64,000 nucleotides of DNA from Lepidodermella squamata (Eukaryota; Animalia; Gastrotricha), in assembly GCA_047495785.1 (NCBI GenBank), contig JBLDXI010000048.1, positions 868,001 to 932,000 on the forward strand, read 5' to 3'. Below the pieces are notes generated by a model. That model was not told the origin of the DNA and ran no database searches. It worked only from the letters and a program-made list of their open reading frames with translations. This document shows positions 36,924 through 46,996 of this stretch, piece after piece. Both the position numbers and the translations under genes were made by a program. The stretch's first letter is position 1. Each line of letters opens with the position of its first letter.

Positions 36924-38633
36924 TCACATATTTGATGCGTTTTTCGCGCAAATAATTGTTCGAACCGCAAATTCAACAACTTTCATATCTTTTTCATTCG
37001 TCATAAAGAGATAGTGAACTTCAAAGTCAATATCAGCCGCTTCCGTAATGGTTACCTCCCTACTCTCGCAAGACTTGAAGAATAAGTTTCTCACAACGGA
37101 TAGCTGGCTATTCATCTCACGCACCAGTTCATCGTTCATTTCCAAGCAACGGCCAATTTCGCGATTTAAGCTTTCGCGTAGCTTGGTCGACAAGAGTAGT
37201 ACTTGCCACTTGTTAGAGCTCGGCTTGTTGTAGGCAATCGTAAGCTTTTCATCCAGAAAATCTTCGATTTTAGCGGTTTTCAGAAACTCAGCCTGAGCTC
37301 GAAACGCGTTGACGATACGTATATCGACCGGCTCCTTCGATTGCAATGCTTCGAGTTCAGCCAGTTTCATTCTTGTGACCCCAGGAAACCATTCGGGAGC
37401 TTTATCAGCTATCTTCCGGAGCATACTCATGTGCTTAACTTTCGGCTTATGGGCAATGTAGTAAACTGAAGTCTTCAACTTGTTGTATTCGTTGTCCGGC
37501 CCAGTGTAGCAAACAAAGCCTTCAGGGTCGAGGATTAGTTGTTCCGGAATCTTCTGGTTACCTGGCTTGTACTTCTCAAGGTATTCTGCCTCGGTCATTT
37601 CTTTGAAAATCACAGCTTCAAGGTCAGAAATCATCGAATTGATAGTAAGGTTCGATTTCACAGGAAACCAAATCGGTTCGTCGAATTGTGAATTTTTCAG
37701 GTCGAAATGCGGGGTGAATTTGTAGGTATCATTCTGGCAAACGGTCATACCGAGAAATCGGAACAAGCTGCATGGATATCTTACAGCTAGCCCTTGGTTG
37801 ATGCCATTGGCTGATTTCATATCCTTGCATACCGCCTCAAACATCAGAGTTGCACAGTCGACTTTATCATCAATGTTGTTTTCTTGTAGGAGCTGGTCGA
37901 ATTTATCGAAAAAGGGCTGCGAATACTTCTCCCAAGCGTTGATAACAGACGGCTCAGCATTGACTTTCTCGTAATCGATTCCAATATTAGGCAGTATGCT
38001 TGAAATTACGAATTTTGGCTCTTCGATGAAAAACGTTTTCTGGGAAGCAATTACAAGGGTATATGCCTGATTTTCGGTCTTTTGGCGATTAATAGCGGCG
38101 AACTTATTGTCGATTTTTGACATCCAGCTGTTAACCATTCTGCGATAATTGCCGAAGTAAGCCGTCACGCTAGTAAGTGACCCATCGCTTTTAAAGCTGA
38201 GTTTAGCATCAATGTCGACGTGGTCAGGATTCGCCAAATCTTCGCAGAGCTTCTGCTGGCTAGGGCTTAGTCGTTGAGTATTTGATTTGGCCATATCGTC
38301 AGTCTCATTTACTTCGTTTGCAACATTCTGCCGGGTTAGAAGCTCAGCCCCTCGCGTAAGTTGCATCTTTAACATGTGAAATTTGTCATCTGGGCCAAGA
38401 AAGACATAGGTCCCTCTAGCTTCCCGCGCCCATTTCGTCCAAACTTTGCATTCTTCGAAGTATGAAGCAATGTAGACACCGGGAACAATTTGCGGCGCAA
38501 CTTGCTCGAATCGGATTTTGACTGTTTTGAAAATTGAGCCGAGCTTTTTCTTCTGCCCGTGTCGGTAGTTGAGGTATTCGATTAGACCCATCTCAGCGGT
38601 CGCGTCTCCATCATTTTCGCGCTCTTTTGCCAT
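36924..38633 (-). CDS. T4 Rnl1-type ATP-dependent RNA ligase-like nucleotidyltransferase, intronless (569 aa)
   Basis: Ordered motifs WAREARG (Rnl1 ECRG), I SFKSDGSL (K148), Ia ASQK, III TLMFEAV, IIIa FRFLGM, IV DPEGFV, V YNKLKTSVYYIAHK. TATAAAA at 38691-38685 and AATAAA at 36885-36880 on the minus strand. Confidence 0.8.
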   Translation of the reverse strand: MAKERENDGDATAEMGLIEYLNYRHGQKKKLGSIFKTVKIRFEQVAPQIVPGVYIASYFEECKVWTKWAREARGTYVFLGPDDKFHMLKMQLTRGAELLTRQNVANEVNETDDMAKSNTQRLSPSQQKLCEDLANPDHVDIDAKLSFKSDGSLTSVTAYFGNYRRMVNSWMSKIDNKFAAINRQKTENQAYTLVIASQKTFFIEEPKFVISSILPNIGIDYEKVNAEPSVINAWEKYSQPFFDKFDQLLQENNIDDKVDCATLMFEAVCKDMKSANGINQGLAVRYPCSLFRFLGMTVCQNDTYKFTPHFDLKNSQFDEPIWFPVKSNLTINSMISDLEAVIFKEMTEAEYLEKYKPGNQKIPEQLILDPEGFVCYTGPDNEYNKLKTSVYYIAHKPKVKHMSMLRKIADKAPEWFPGVTRMKLAELEALQSKEPVDIRIVNAFRAQAEFLKTAKIEDFLDEKLTIAYNKPSSNKWQVLLLSTKLRESLNREIGRCLEMNDELVREMNSQLSVVRNLFFKSCESREVTITEAADIDFEVHYLFMTNEKDMKVVEFAVRTIICAKNASNM

Positions 38634-40542
38634 GTTAGAATTACTGGAAGAAAACTACCTATGCATAGTGTGGCTAGCACACAGTTTTATAGAGTTTTTT
38701 CCTATGATTATAGTTTGCATCAGGTGATGAATCATCATGCGTCTGTGTGCGTGTGTGTGCACCAGTGTGCTTCTATTGAGACCGCCCATTATTGATTTAG
38801 CGGTTGTAAACGCATTCGTTTGATAACTCCTAAGATAAGCCGCTTATCTGGATAATTCCGGACTTCGAGGACAATCATTTACATCTAGAATTGAATCTGG
38901 AATGAGAATTCAAAATGATTTTCAAGGTCGTCTTTGAATAATCTATAGGATGATCGCAGGCTCCAATTTACAGGATTCCATCTGTACTTCTTGTCGCTGT
39001 GAAATCGTAAAGTTTGCGAATAACTTAAGATTGAAAAAGTTGCTAGACGCTTTTCCGTCCAAAAATTCCATGTCTCCCAAATTCAAGCAATCGTTCAAGC
39101 AATCAAATCGTCCGTAGATACAGATCGATATCCGCTAGGAAGTACACATTGTCTGCAAGCGCCGTTATGAATTATTGATTGCTGACTGCGTGTATAGTTC
39201 ATTCATAACATGGAACATACGAGAAAATCGGCTTCGAGAAAATTCCGCCCGCAATATAAAAAGCGGTACGAAATGCAATATTTTACTGGTGACTGTAAAC
39301 TTGAGAATTTGCTGTCGCGCCTGCTAAATTATAAAGTTTGAGCGAAATGGTACGTATTCGAGAAAGGTTTCTCGCCCGCCTGTTGTGGCTTTGTTCGATG
39401 CTAGCGTTATTAGCCTCAGTGCAAGGTGAGTTGAAGACTGGTTAGGTTCAGCTTCATTTGACTGATTTTCATCTCGTGTTTTCAGCTGGATGTGATTTGA
39501 GCCAGTGCCGCATTGAGTGCAGCCAATATACAGCGTATTGCGGGGCTGACGATAAGTGTCACTGCGACTAGCGAGAAAGTTGAGACTGGGAAAGATCAAA
39601 CAACCTCACAGCTGCTAAAGACAATCGCCTGAATTTGCTTTAAATGTTATCTGTCGTATCTGTGCTTCAAGCTATCTGGCTGGTAACAATAAACGTGTGT
39701 GATGCATATTCCGAACGTTTTGTGATGAATCTAGACATAGCTATTCACATGGACAGCACTGCAACAGATGTACCTCATATCATTAGATTCGTCGGTTCTT
39801 GGAGTTAAGAGCGTAACATACACATTTTTGATAGGGAAACATGAGGCTTTGTTGATGTTTGAAATTATCGATAGGGGCATTAGCTGGCCTAAAACGTCCT
39901 CGCAAATTCAGCTCGAATTCTCAATGGAAAGATCGTTAGTTTCCTATTTGCTGCAGCTTGTCTGTGGTCTATGGGTATGCAATTATTGAGTTTTCTTGAG
40001 TAAAATCACTAATACTGCACTCGGTACTTTTCATGCTCAACCTAGGTCCAAAAGATGATCATAAAATTGGTCCGATTGTTTGTGAATTATTCAGTTGCTT
40101 ACTCGCATGACTGATACACGATTCGACGGGGACTGTTTTGATTGGGAATACGCATCACCTCGTGACTAATACGCCGCATTCTTGCGTGGCAAAAAAATAT
40201 AACGCAGTTTGATCTCTAGGTGTAAGGACAATAGCCATTGGACAATAATTGCAATCCAAGAAGGTTTATTATGGCCTATGAAAGAACTCTGATTTTATTC
40301 TTCGCCATATGTTTGTTACTGGCGGCAGCTCTGGTTGACGTGGTTCATGCTGGTGCGTTTGAATCTTTGGCCTAAGCATCAGCATCATGTTAATTTTTCG
40401 TATTTACAGGCTGCGAACTCGAGACCTGCCGGCGACAATGTTTCCGAAATGAAGCTTACTGCGATGACAATGACTTGTGCATGTGCTGCTAATTCATAAA
40501 AACGAACGAGCGATCAAGTACAAACCCGGTTTTACTACTATG

Positions 40543-41298
40543 TTATAATAAAATATTACCGCCGTCATAGTTGTTCATTTCATGCTTCCCAGTAATAAAA
40601 GTATCTTTTTCTGAAAGCTTCCGTGATGGGTCTGGCAAATACTTTAGAAAAACGAATTTTCCTTGCTCCAGGTAGCTGTTGGAAACTCGTAAGCCGTGGG
40701 TTAACAAGCCCCCTTCGCTGCCTTGGGCATTGTCAGCAAAAAGAACTCTTGCCGCTAAATCCTCACCGTCTTCATTCGCTCCTGGAACTAGAGACCTACC
40801 TTCAACAAAATTGGCAGTGTTAACTCGTGTCAGCATTTTCAATCGAATCTGCATATCCATAGATTCCCAGTAGCTGGAAGGTTGCCGGAAAGTTACTGAA
40901 AAGTTGCTATGATTTGGTGACGGCGTTGCTGTGTTTTTGTTTTCCGAAGTTTCGAATGTTACTGCTTTGAAAATACCAAAGCCAATGGCGGTGAAACCAA
41001 CCGCTAGTATGCCAGCTACCATAATTCCAAGACCTATGTTGGTTTTGTACGAAGGGTGCGTTTTGGAAACTGCTCCGCGGCTGTCTGCTGTTTTATAGGG
41101 AGTTGGTATGTCAAGCGCGTCCGGCCGTTTGCTCATTGGGACGCTCGGCATACCTCGCGTCAATGCTACAAATCGCTTGTCGAGATCATCCATGGGTTGC
41201 TGAGACGGGCCTCTATAACCATAGCTGATGTTAAAATGTTTATTTAACAAGAGCAATGACAGCAGTATTGAACTGAAACCTCTTCGTGCTGCAAACAT
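40543..41298 (-). CDS. Unrecognised SP + TM protein family, paralog 1 (251 aa)
   Basis: Intronless ORF; hydrophobic N-terminus, one TM (IGLGIMVAGILAVGFTAIGFGIF); C-terminal domain shared with two neighbours (EGR.L...L.ARVL...G...G......Y(L/F)EQG...Y(D/G)GG); upstream TATAAAA. Confidence 0.8.
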   Translation of the reverse strand: MFAARRGFSSILLSLLLLNKHFNISYGYRGPSQQPMDDLDKRFVALTRGMPSVPMSKRPDALDIPTPYKTADSRGAVSKTHPSYKTNIGLGIMVAGILAVGFTAIGFGIFKAVTFETSENKNTATPSPNHSNFSVTFRQPSSYWESMDMQIRLKMLTRVNTANFVEGRSLVPGANEDGEDLAARVLFADNAQGSEGGLLTHGLRVSNSYLEQGKFVFLKYLPDPSRKLSEKDTFITGKHEMNNYDGGNILL

Positions 41299-41838
41299 TA
41301 GCCACTGGATAGTCGAAAAAGAGTCGTACTGATGTTGTCTTTTGGAAAAATTGCGTTAAGGCAGACTTTTTATATTTTTTGCAGATCTGCCAATGTATTG
41401 AACGGTTCAAATAATTCACTGCATCTTGGTTTGATTTTCAAGGTTTATAAACGAGCCGCTTTTCTTCGCACTCAGCTTGGGTAAGGCAAAGCGTTATCAA
41501 ATCCAGTAGTTTTTTTGGAGCTTCTGTTGTGTTAGAGGAATATGCAAAGGGTCGATAAATGAAAGCTCAATGGGAGTGCACTCTTCAACACTAAATCATA
41601 AACATATTCTCAAATCATGTATTAGAGAATATTGACGGCTGATTCTTCACGGTCCTTTGCAATTGCATGCCCTGGCCTGTTCCGAAGTGTCTCTGTGAAT
41701 TTATAATGAATTGAAAGGGTTACAAAATTCGGCATTCATCTGGAGTAATTATCGGCTCCGGATTTTTCATCATTAGCTCTACAGATATTAGGCAAACCCA
41801 TTGATACTATTTTGGAGGTGGGAATTCTAAATGTTTAT

Positions 41839-42816
41839 TTAGCGAAGAATGAATCCTCCACCATAATCCGCAGTATCCAAGTTCTTTAACACGGTGGTTT
41901 CGTTTTTCACGTAGTGTAGATTCGGGCTTGGAAAACAGTTTAGTACAGTTATAGGTCCTTGTTCCAGGTATCCAGTAGCAACCGCAAGGCCTTGGCTGAA
42001 AATTCCAGTTCGACCAGCGTTAGATTGCTCAGACCATAAAATTCTGGACATCAGATCATCATCATCTTCCTGGATATCCGCAGTCAACGAACGGCCCTCA
42101 GCTGAGTTTGCTGAATTAACTTGCTTTAGCACTCTCATCCGAATCTGCATGTCAACATCAGGCCAGTTCTCTTGCTGAATCTGGGTCGGTCCTTCGTTTT
42201 TCTTTCGCCCACTGTTTAAGGCGATTGTTAAATAGATTGTGATGGCTATCACACCAGCTGTGATCAACCCTTTGCCTAATTTTGTTCTATACCACGGTGT
42301 TTTAACTGGGTCGCTTGAAGTACCTTGGCTTTTATGCGAGTTCTCAACAGCGATGTCGGATGCCATTAACAAGTCATTCGAAGCAGCTGCACCGGCGGAT
42401 TTAGGCCTCTCCCGATCGCCTATTTTCAGCGGCTGATCTATGGCGCCCTTGCTGCTTTCAAGGCCTTCATTCATAGGAACAAACTTGGATTGTCTGCTTT
42501 TACTACTTGCCGCCTGTTGATTCTTGAGGAATATCGAAGGGCCGCCTTGACTAGGTGACTCTGGCGAACTATTAGGGACTTTCACGAGGGCAGCCATAGA
42601 TCCAGGAGACAGACTGTCAGGCCGAAGATACTCTTCAGCAGATGGCTTTAGAGCTAGTGTATCAGGACGCTTAGGCCTTGCGTTGACTTTGTCCGCTTTC
42701 GCCTTCTGCAATCTCAAAAGAAGTTCGTCAACATCGAACTCTGTAGCAAAGAGATGATCATTAAAAAGAATTAGACACAGGGTGATGGCGAAGTATCTAT
42801 CATACTTGCTAGGCAT
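41839..42816 (-). CDS. Unrecognised SP + TM protein family, paralog 2 (325 aa)
   Basis: Same architecture; DMQIR, EGRSL, YLEQG, YGGGF conserved. Confidence 0.8.
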   Translation of the reverse strand: MPSKYDRYFAITLCLILFNDHLFATEFDVDELLLRLQKAKADKVNARPKRPDTLALKPSAEEYLRPDSLSPGSMAALVKVPNSSPESPSQGGPSIFLKNQQAASSKSRQSKFVPMNEGLESSKGAIDQPLKIGDRERPKSAGAAASNDLLMASDIAVENSHKSQGTSSDPVKTPWYRTKLGKGLITAGVIAITIYLTIALNSGRKKNEGPTQIQQENWPDVDMQIRMRVLKQVNSANSAEGRSLTADIQEDDDDLMSRILWSEQSNAGRTGIFSQGLAVATGYLEQGPITVLNCFPSPNLHYVKNETTVLKNLDTADYGGGFILR

Positions 42817-43099
42817 CTTTCGAATCCGACGGGCGTGTTGGAAAGCCTTGAAATATTCAATTAAGCTGGAAGTTTTAAAAAATTAGGCAAAAACCCTCCG
42901 TTATAGGTCGTATTACTAAAACTAACCAGACTTACTAAACACAAAAACTGTGCAGCTCGGCAAAAAACTAGACTTTTGACAGACAAAACTCTCGTTGATT
43001 TGCATATTTAGTTTTTTTTGATTTAGGCAGTTGAAAGGCCCGAAATTGTCGCTCAGGGCGTTGAATTTGTTATGCCTGGCCGGGATACTAACGGGCTAG

Positions 43100-43565
43100 T
43101 CGCTCTGTCTTTATTATATGCGATATGATCCAGTTTCGGACACACGTTTCGACGTGCACATCTTCGATAGCTGGGTGCGGCTCATGGTGCTGGACTTTTA
43201 TTAATTTTCATGGCTTTACAGTTTGCATTGATTTTTGTGGCCGCTTTCCACGCCTGCCGATTAAAAGCTGTTCTCATTCGCGTCCGTGTGCGGGCACAAG
43301 GTACAAGGTGCGGGCTACGTGTCGAGAGCATTATGCAGTTATGATCGCCCTAGTTAACGCGCCTACCCTTATGATATGTACCGCAGTTGTTGGCTTCACG
43401 GCGGCATCGCCGATGATACAATTAATTGTAGCAGCGTATGGAGCGTTGACTATTTCGGCAACAACCTTCGCGATATGCGCTCAGGGATGTTATCAGCCGC
43501 TTGTCGCTGAACAGACGTTCACAAGGAGTGAACCGTCAAATTCCGCTAGCTTCCTTTCGACTTGA
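43100..43565 (+). pseudogene. Relic of class C GPCR ECL2-TM5-TM7
   Basis: Frameshifted pieces YDPVSDTR / CTSS / LLLIFMALQFALIFVAAFHACRLKAV / EHYAVMIALVNAPTLMICTAVVGF..IQLIVAAYGALTISATTFAI parallel the 7TM end of 52651-55023. Confidence 0.45.
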
Positions 43566-43711
43566 TACTCTCATCAGCTAGCACTTTCAAGTCGTGATTT
43601 TCAGTCGGTAGATACATACGTATTTCAAATAAATTCATAACTTGATTATAAACCCTCGTTTTTCCTCGTTATATTTTATTGATACTAACCTATGGTATGG
43701 GAGTGAATAGA

Positions 43712-44665
43712 CTAGAATCCTCCGTCGTAGTTTTGGTCGTAGTCTATAGCTTGAGCCAAGAAACTATCGCTCTTTGCTAAGGTTTCAACTGGGCCGGGAA
43801 GCATGTCCACAATTTGAACAGGACCTTGCTCGAAGTAGCTCCTTGCGATCAAAACGCCTTCCCCAAGCCAACCTTCATCCTTTGCATAACTGGCCGCCAG
43901 AACCCTTGCCATCAAACCTTTATCGTCGATGAGTAATCGGCCCTCTACGCCGCTAGCATACTTTTTGGTTAAGGTCAAGGAATTGATTCGGGTATTACGA
44001 TCCTTCTCTTGCCCTTGCTTTGTTGCACGTGAGATATCAAGCACTACACCAACGATTGTAGATATTGTTACTAGGGCAGCTACCACAATGAAGGATACTG
44101 CACGCCAACTTAGTTTGCCACGTTTAGGAGGTTCAGCAGGCCGAGTTCGCTGTCCAGGCACAATAACTGCAGCGTTGACGATAATGTTGTCTTCGGGACT
44201 CGCGATAGGTGCTGGGCCCCCAGGCTTTGGCGCCACTACGCCCTCAGACCCGAACTCCGACATTATTTCTTCACTTATTAAAGACGTGGAATCAGGCGAT
44301 TTAGGGCCGCCTAGTTCTGCGGGACTAGTCCTTGAACCAGTTGGCAAGGAATTGGTCCTCTGGCGGAAGCTTGCTCTGTGAGCAGGCTTCATATCAGGAT
44401 TAACATTTGACAGTGAATTGGAGCGTTGTAACGGGGAATGCTGACTGAGGGGTCGTGCATTTGAAGTGAAAAGTGGAGTATCCTGGTCAATCGGCTGGAA
44501 TTCGCCTTGGCTAGGTTGACGCCTGTGCCGCAATCGAATCATATTATCTCGAAATGCTCCCAAATTGTTAGTTATGAGATTGGTGCTCAAGGCATTGATG
44601 AAAATTTGCTGACTGAGCAGGCATGCCGCGATTATCAGGGCATTGAACCTGTTCCAAAGCTCCAT
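43712..44665 (-). CDS. Unrecognised SP + TM protein family, paralog 3 (317 aa)
   Basis: Same architecture; EGRLL, LMARVL, SYFEQG, NYDGGF conserved. Confidence 0.8.
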   Translation of the reverse strand: MELWNRFNALIIAACLLSQQIFINALSTNLITNNLGAFRDNMIRLRHRRQPSQGEFQPIDQDTPLFTSNARPLSQHSPLQRSNSLSNVNPDMKPAHRASFRQRTNSLPTGSRTSPAELGGPKSPDSTSLISEEIMSEFGSEGVVAPKPGGPAPIASPEDNIIVNAAVIVPGQRTRPAEPPKRGKLSWRAVSFIVVAALVTISTIVGVVLDISRATKQGQEKDRNTRINSLTLTKKYASGVEGRLLIDDKGLMARVLAASYAKDEGWLGEGVLIARSYFEQGPVQIVDMLPGPVETLAKSDSFLAQAIDYDQNYDGGF

Positions 44666-44749
44666 AGTGTCAAAACGTTCAAGGCTTTCTATTGATTAAT
44701 AGCAGAAATATTAAGGAGGGAGTTTTATGTTTTTTGTGATGTTTTCACG

Positions 44750-45065
44750 TGCGTTGTGCGATGATCGGAGTAAAGGATTGGCGCTTCTCGGTTTCATCGC
44801 TGGTTTAGCAATGTTCATAATTTTGAGCGGACTTCTGGCCGCTTTTCAGTTGAAGCAGATTTCAAAACAATTCATAGTCGATGGCACTGATGTCAATGCT
44901 CTTGTTATCGCCTGCATTCTTTCAGCAACTCTGCTATTGGTGTTTTGATGGCTTTCATAATGGAAAACAATCCAATCGACCAGCAAATCGCGATTTCCTA
45001 TATCTTGGCTTTTTCTTCATTGCTTATGTCCCTTTCTCCAGTTTACTCCTGCTGGACGGGGCATT
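44750..45065 (+). pseudogene. Relic of class C GPCR TM5-TM7
   Basis: LCDDRSKGLALLG...LLAAFQLKQI...TDVNALVIACILSATLLLVF aligns by eye with MCESSWSKRWLG...LIAIQLRNV...LEAKITIATAFVDSTLLFL; frameshift before TM7. Confidence 0.5.
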
Positions 45066-45313
45066 GGCATTAAGTATTAATTTTGAGAATCCGTCATGAC
45101 CCCAACAAATGCAAGACGTGTTTTCTTTCTTGGTGCATCAATTTCGACACCTGACATAGAGAGACAAGTTATTTTTGTTTCCTAAGAAAACTGAAAAGCA
45201 TGATCTATGATCTGAAAGGAGCATTATAATTTGTTAATAGGCTGTCAAGATGGAGTGAAAATTGGTATCGGCAGTTATTATTGACTAATATGAAAGTTAG
45301 GAGGCTTCAGCTA

Positions 45314-46356
45314 CTAATCATCTTTTCCTCCTTTACTTCGAAGGAACTGTGCCACTTTCTCCTGGCCATTCACTGCCGCATATTTGACCGGGGTCAGTCC
45401 ATTGTTGTTGTGAGCATTAATATCAGCTCCATTCTCAAGCAGCAACTGGACAACATCGAGATGGCCACCCCTAGCCGCCCACATCAGAGGAGTAACTCGG
45501 TACTCGCCCCTCGAATCAACAACCGCGCCGTTCTCGATGAGAAACTTCGCAATTTTAGGATCGCCGATATAGGACGCTTGGTGTAACGGTGTGTTGTTGC
45601 ATTCATTCGGCATATTCACAAAGGTTTTGAACATCTTTTGGTCATCCCCCATGAGCTCCTTAGCTTTATTGACTAGGTACTGGATCGTTTCGAAGTGGCC
45701 ACCCCAACTTGCGAATTGAAGACTGTTATTTCCGTTGGACCAACCGTTATCAACAATCTTCTCGCCATGTTTAGATTTTTCGTAACAAGTCTGAAGTAAT
45801 TGTAATGGCATGGGAGATGATGTAATCATCGATTGCAAATCTTCTAACATCCCCTTTCGGCTAGCGATGAGAAATAACTGAAATAAAACAATATCTATAG
45901 GCCAAAAAGTTGGTTCTTTTCAATTACCTTCTCAGTATTAGCATCTACAGATATTTGATTGCATAAGGCTTCCTTAAGTTGAGCTTTGAAAGTGCCATTC
46001 GCTTCAAGTTTCTCGTAGTCGAGGTACAACGCATCACCGTACAGCATTTTCAAAGCACCAGACAACTTGTGTTGCCGGCTGAGTTTAACCACAACAAATT
46101 GTTTGTTGGTATCTGCGACATATTGAGCTTCCCGTTTGCAATTCACAGAGTTTTCGTAGTCTTGCGAGAAACATAGCAGGACAACGGTTGCTTGGTCTAT
46201 GCCTTGACTCATTGCATCGTAGATGTTCTCGCCTGGTTTCATGTTCTTGAAGTCGACCCAATAAGTGATGCTTAGTTCGTCTAGCAAACTGCATAATTTC
46301 TTGATTTCGGGCTGTTGTTTCTGGCAGTAGCTAATAAAAACGTTTGTAGTCGTCAT
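45314..46356 (-). CDS. TIR (TIR_2-type)-ankyrin fusion protein; join(46356..45928,45877..45314), ~330 aa
   Basis: VFISYC, YWVD, LLCFSQDYENSVNCKREAQY TIR motifs; a 50-nt phase-0 intron GTAATT...TTTCAG joins in frame to LFLIASRKGMLEDL and ankyrin repeats (NTPLHQASYIG, VTPLMWAARGGH). Confidence 0.85.
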
Positions 46357-46996
46357 TTTATATATGGTATAGTTGAATGATTTGGGCAATACTCCTTGGC
46401 GGCGCACTGGAGTGATGAAAGCCGTGCGATCCATAGTATATCAATAAGCTTGAATTATGCATTGAGTTTGCGAATTCACACAGTTTACATGTTTTGTACC
46501 CACAGCGGCAAATAGGCTTTCAAGGGTCTTTAAATCGATCGCAGATATTTGCTCTGCTATAGCGAATTTCTGATCGATCAAAAGAAAGATCAAAATCTGG
46601 ACAGGCAAGTTCAATGTTCTTCCTTTTCCCGAATTGCCGTTGTTTTGGAGTAATGTTTCGAATTCGTTATTGGAATTCGATGAAAAATCAATGATAAATT
46701 TGGAAATTTTTCAGAGGAATTGATTCAAAATATTAGTTTGATATGAGAAAAGGGGCGACAGCATGTATGGAACTAATCTGAAACAGCTAGGAACAGCGAA
46801 ATAGAATAAATTTTAGACACAGAGCGAAAATTTGAAAAAATCACATTTAAACGCTGTCAAAAACCGCCATTTATTACTTCAGAGCATATAGAGATCACTC
46901 TGTTCTCTACAGCTCCACAGCTCTATCAGCAATAAGGTTATACATTTGAACACGCTTGGATATAAATGTAAAATGAAGCCCAAATAAAGTACGATG

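Noticed and set aside
36499-36951. 150-aa ORF suggesting a ligase-ankyrin overlap or fusion
   Set aside because: Non-ATG start; it runs through the ligase 3' UTR into a pseudogene fragment ending in a premature stop.
39600-40420. Hydrophobic fragments that might be a third class C GPCR relic
   Set aside because: No diagnostic motif could be aligned by eye.
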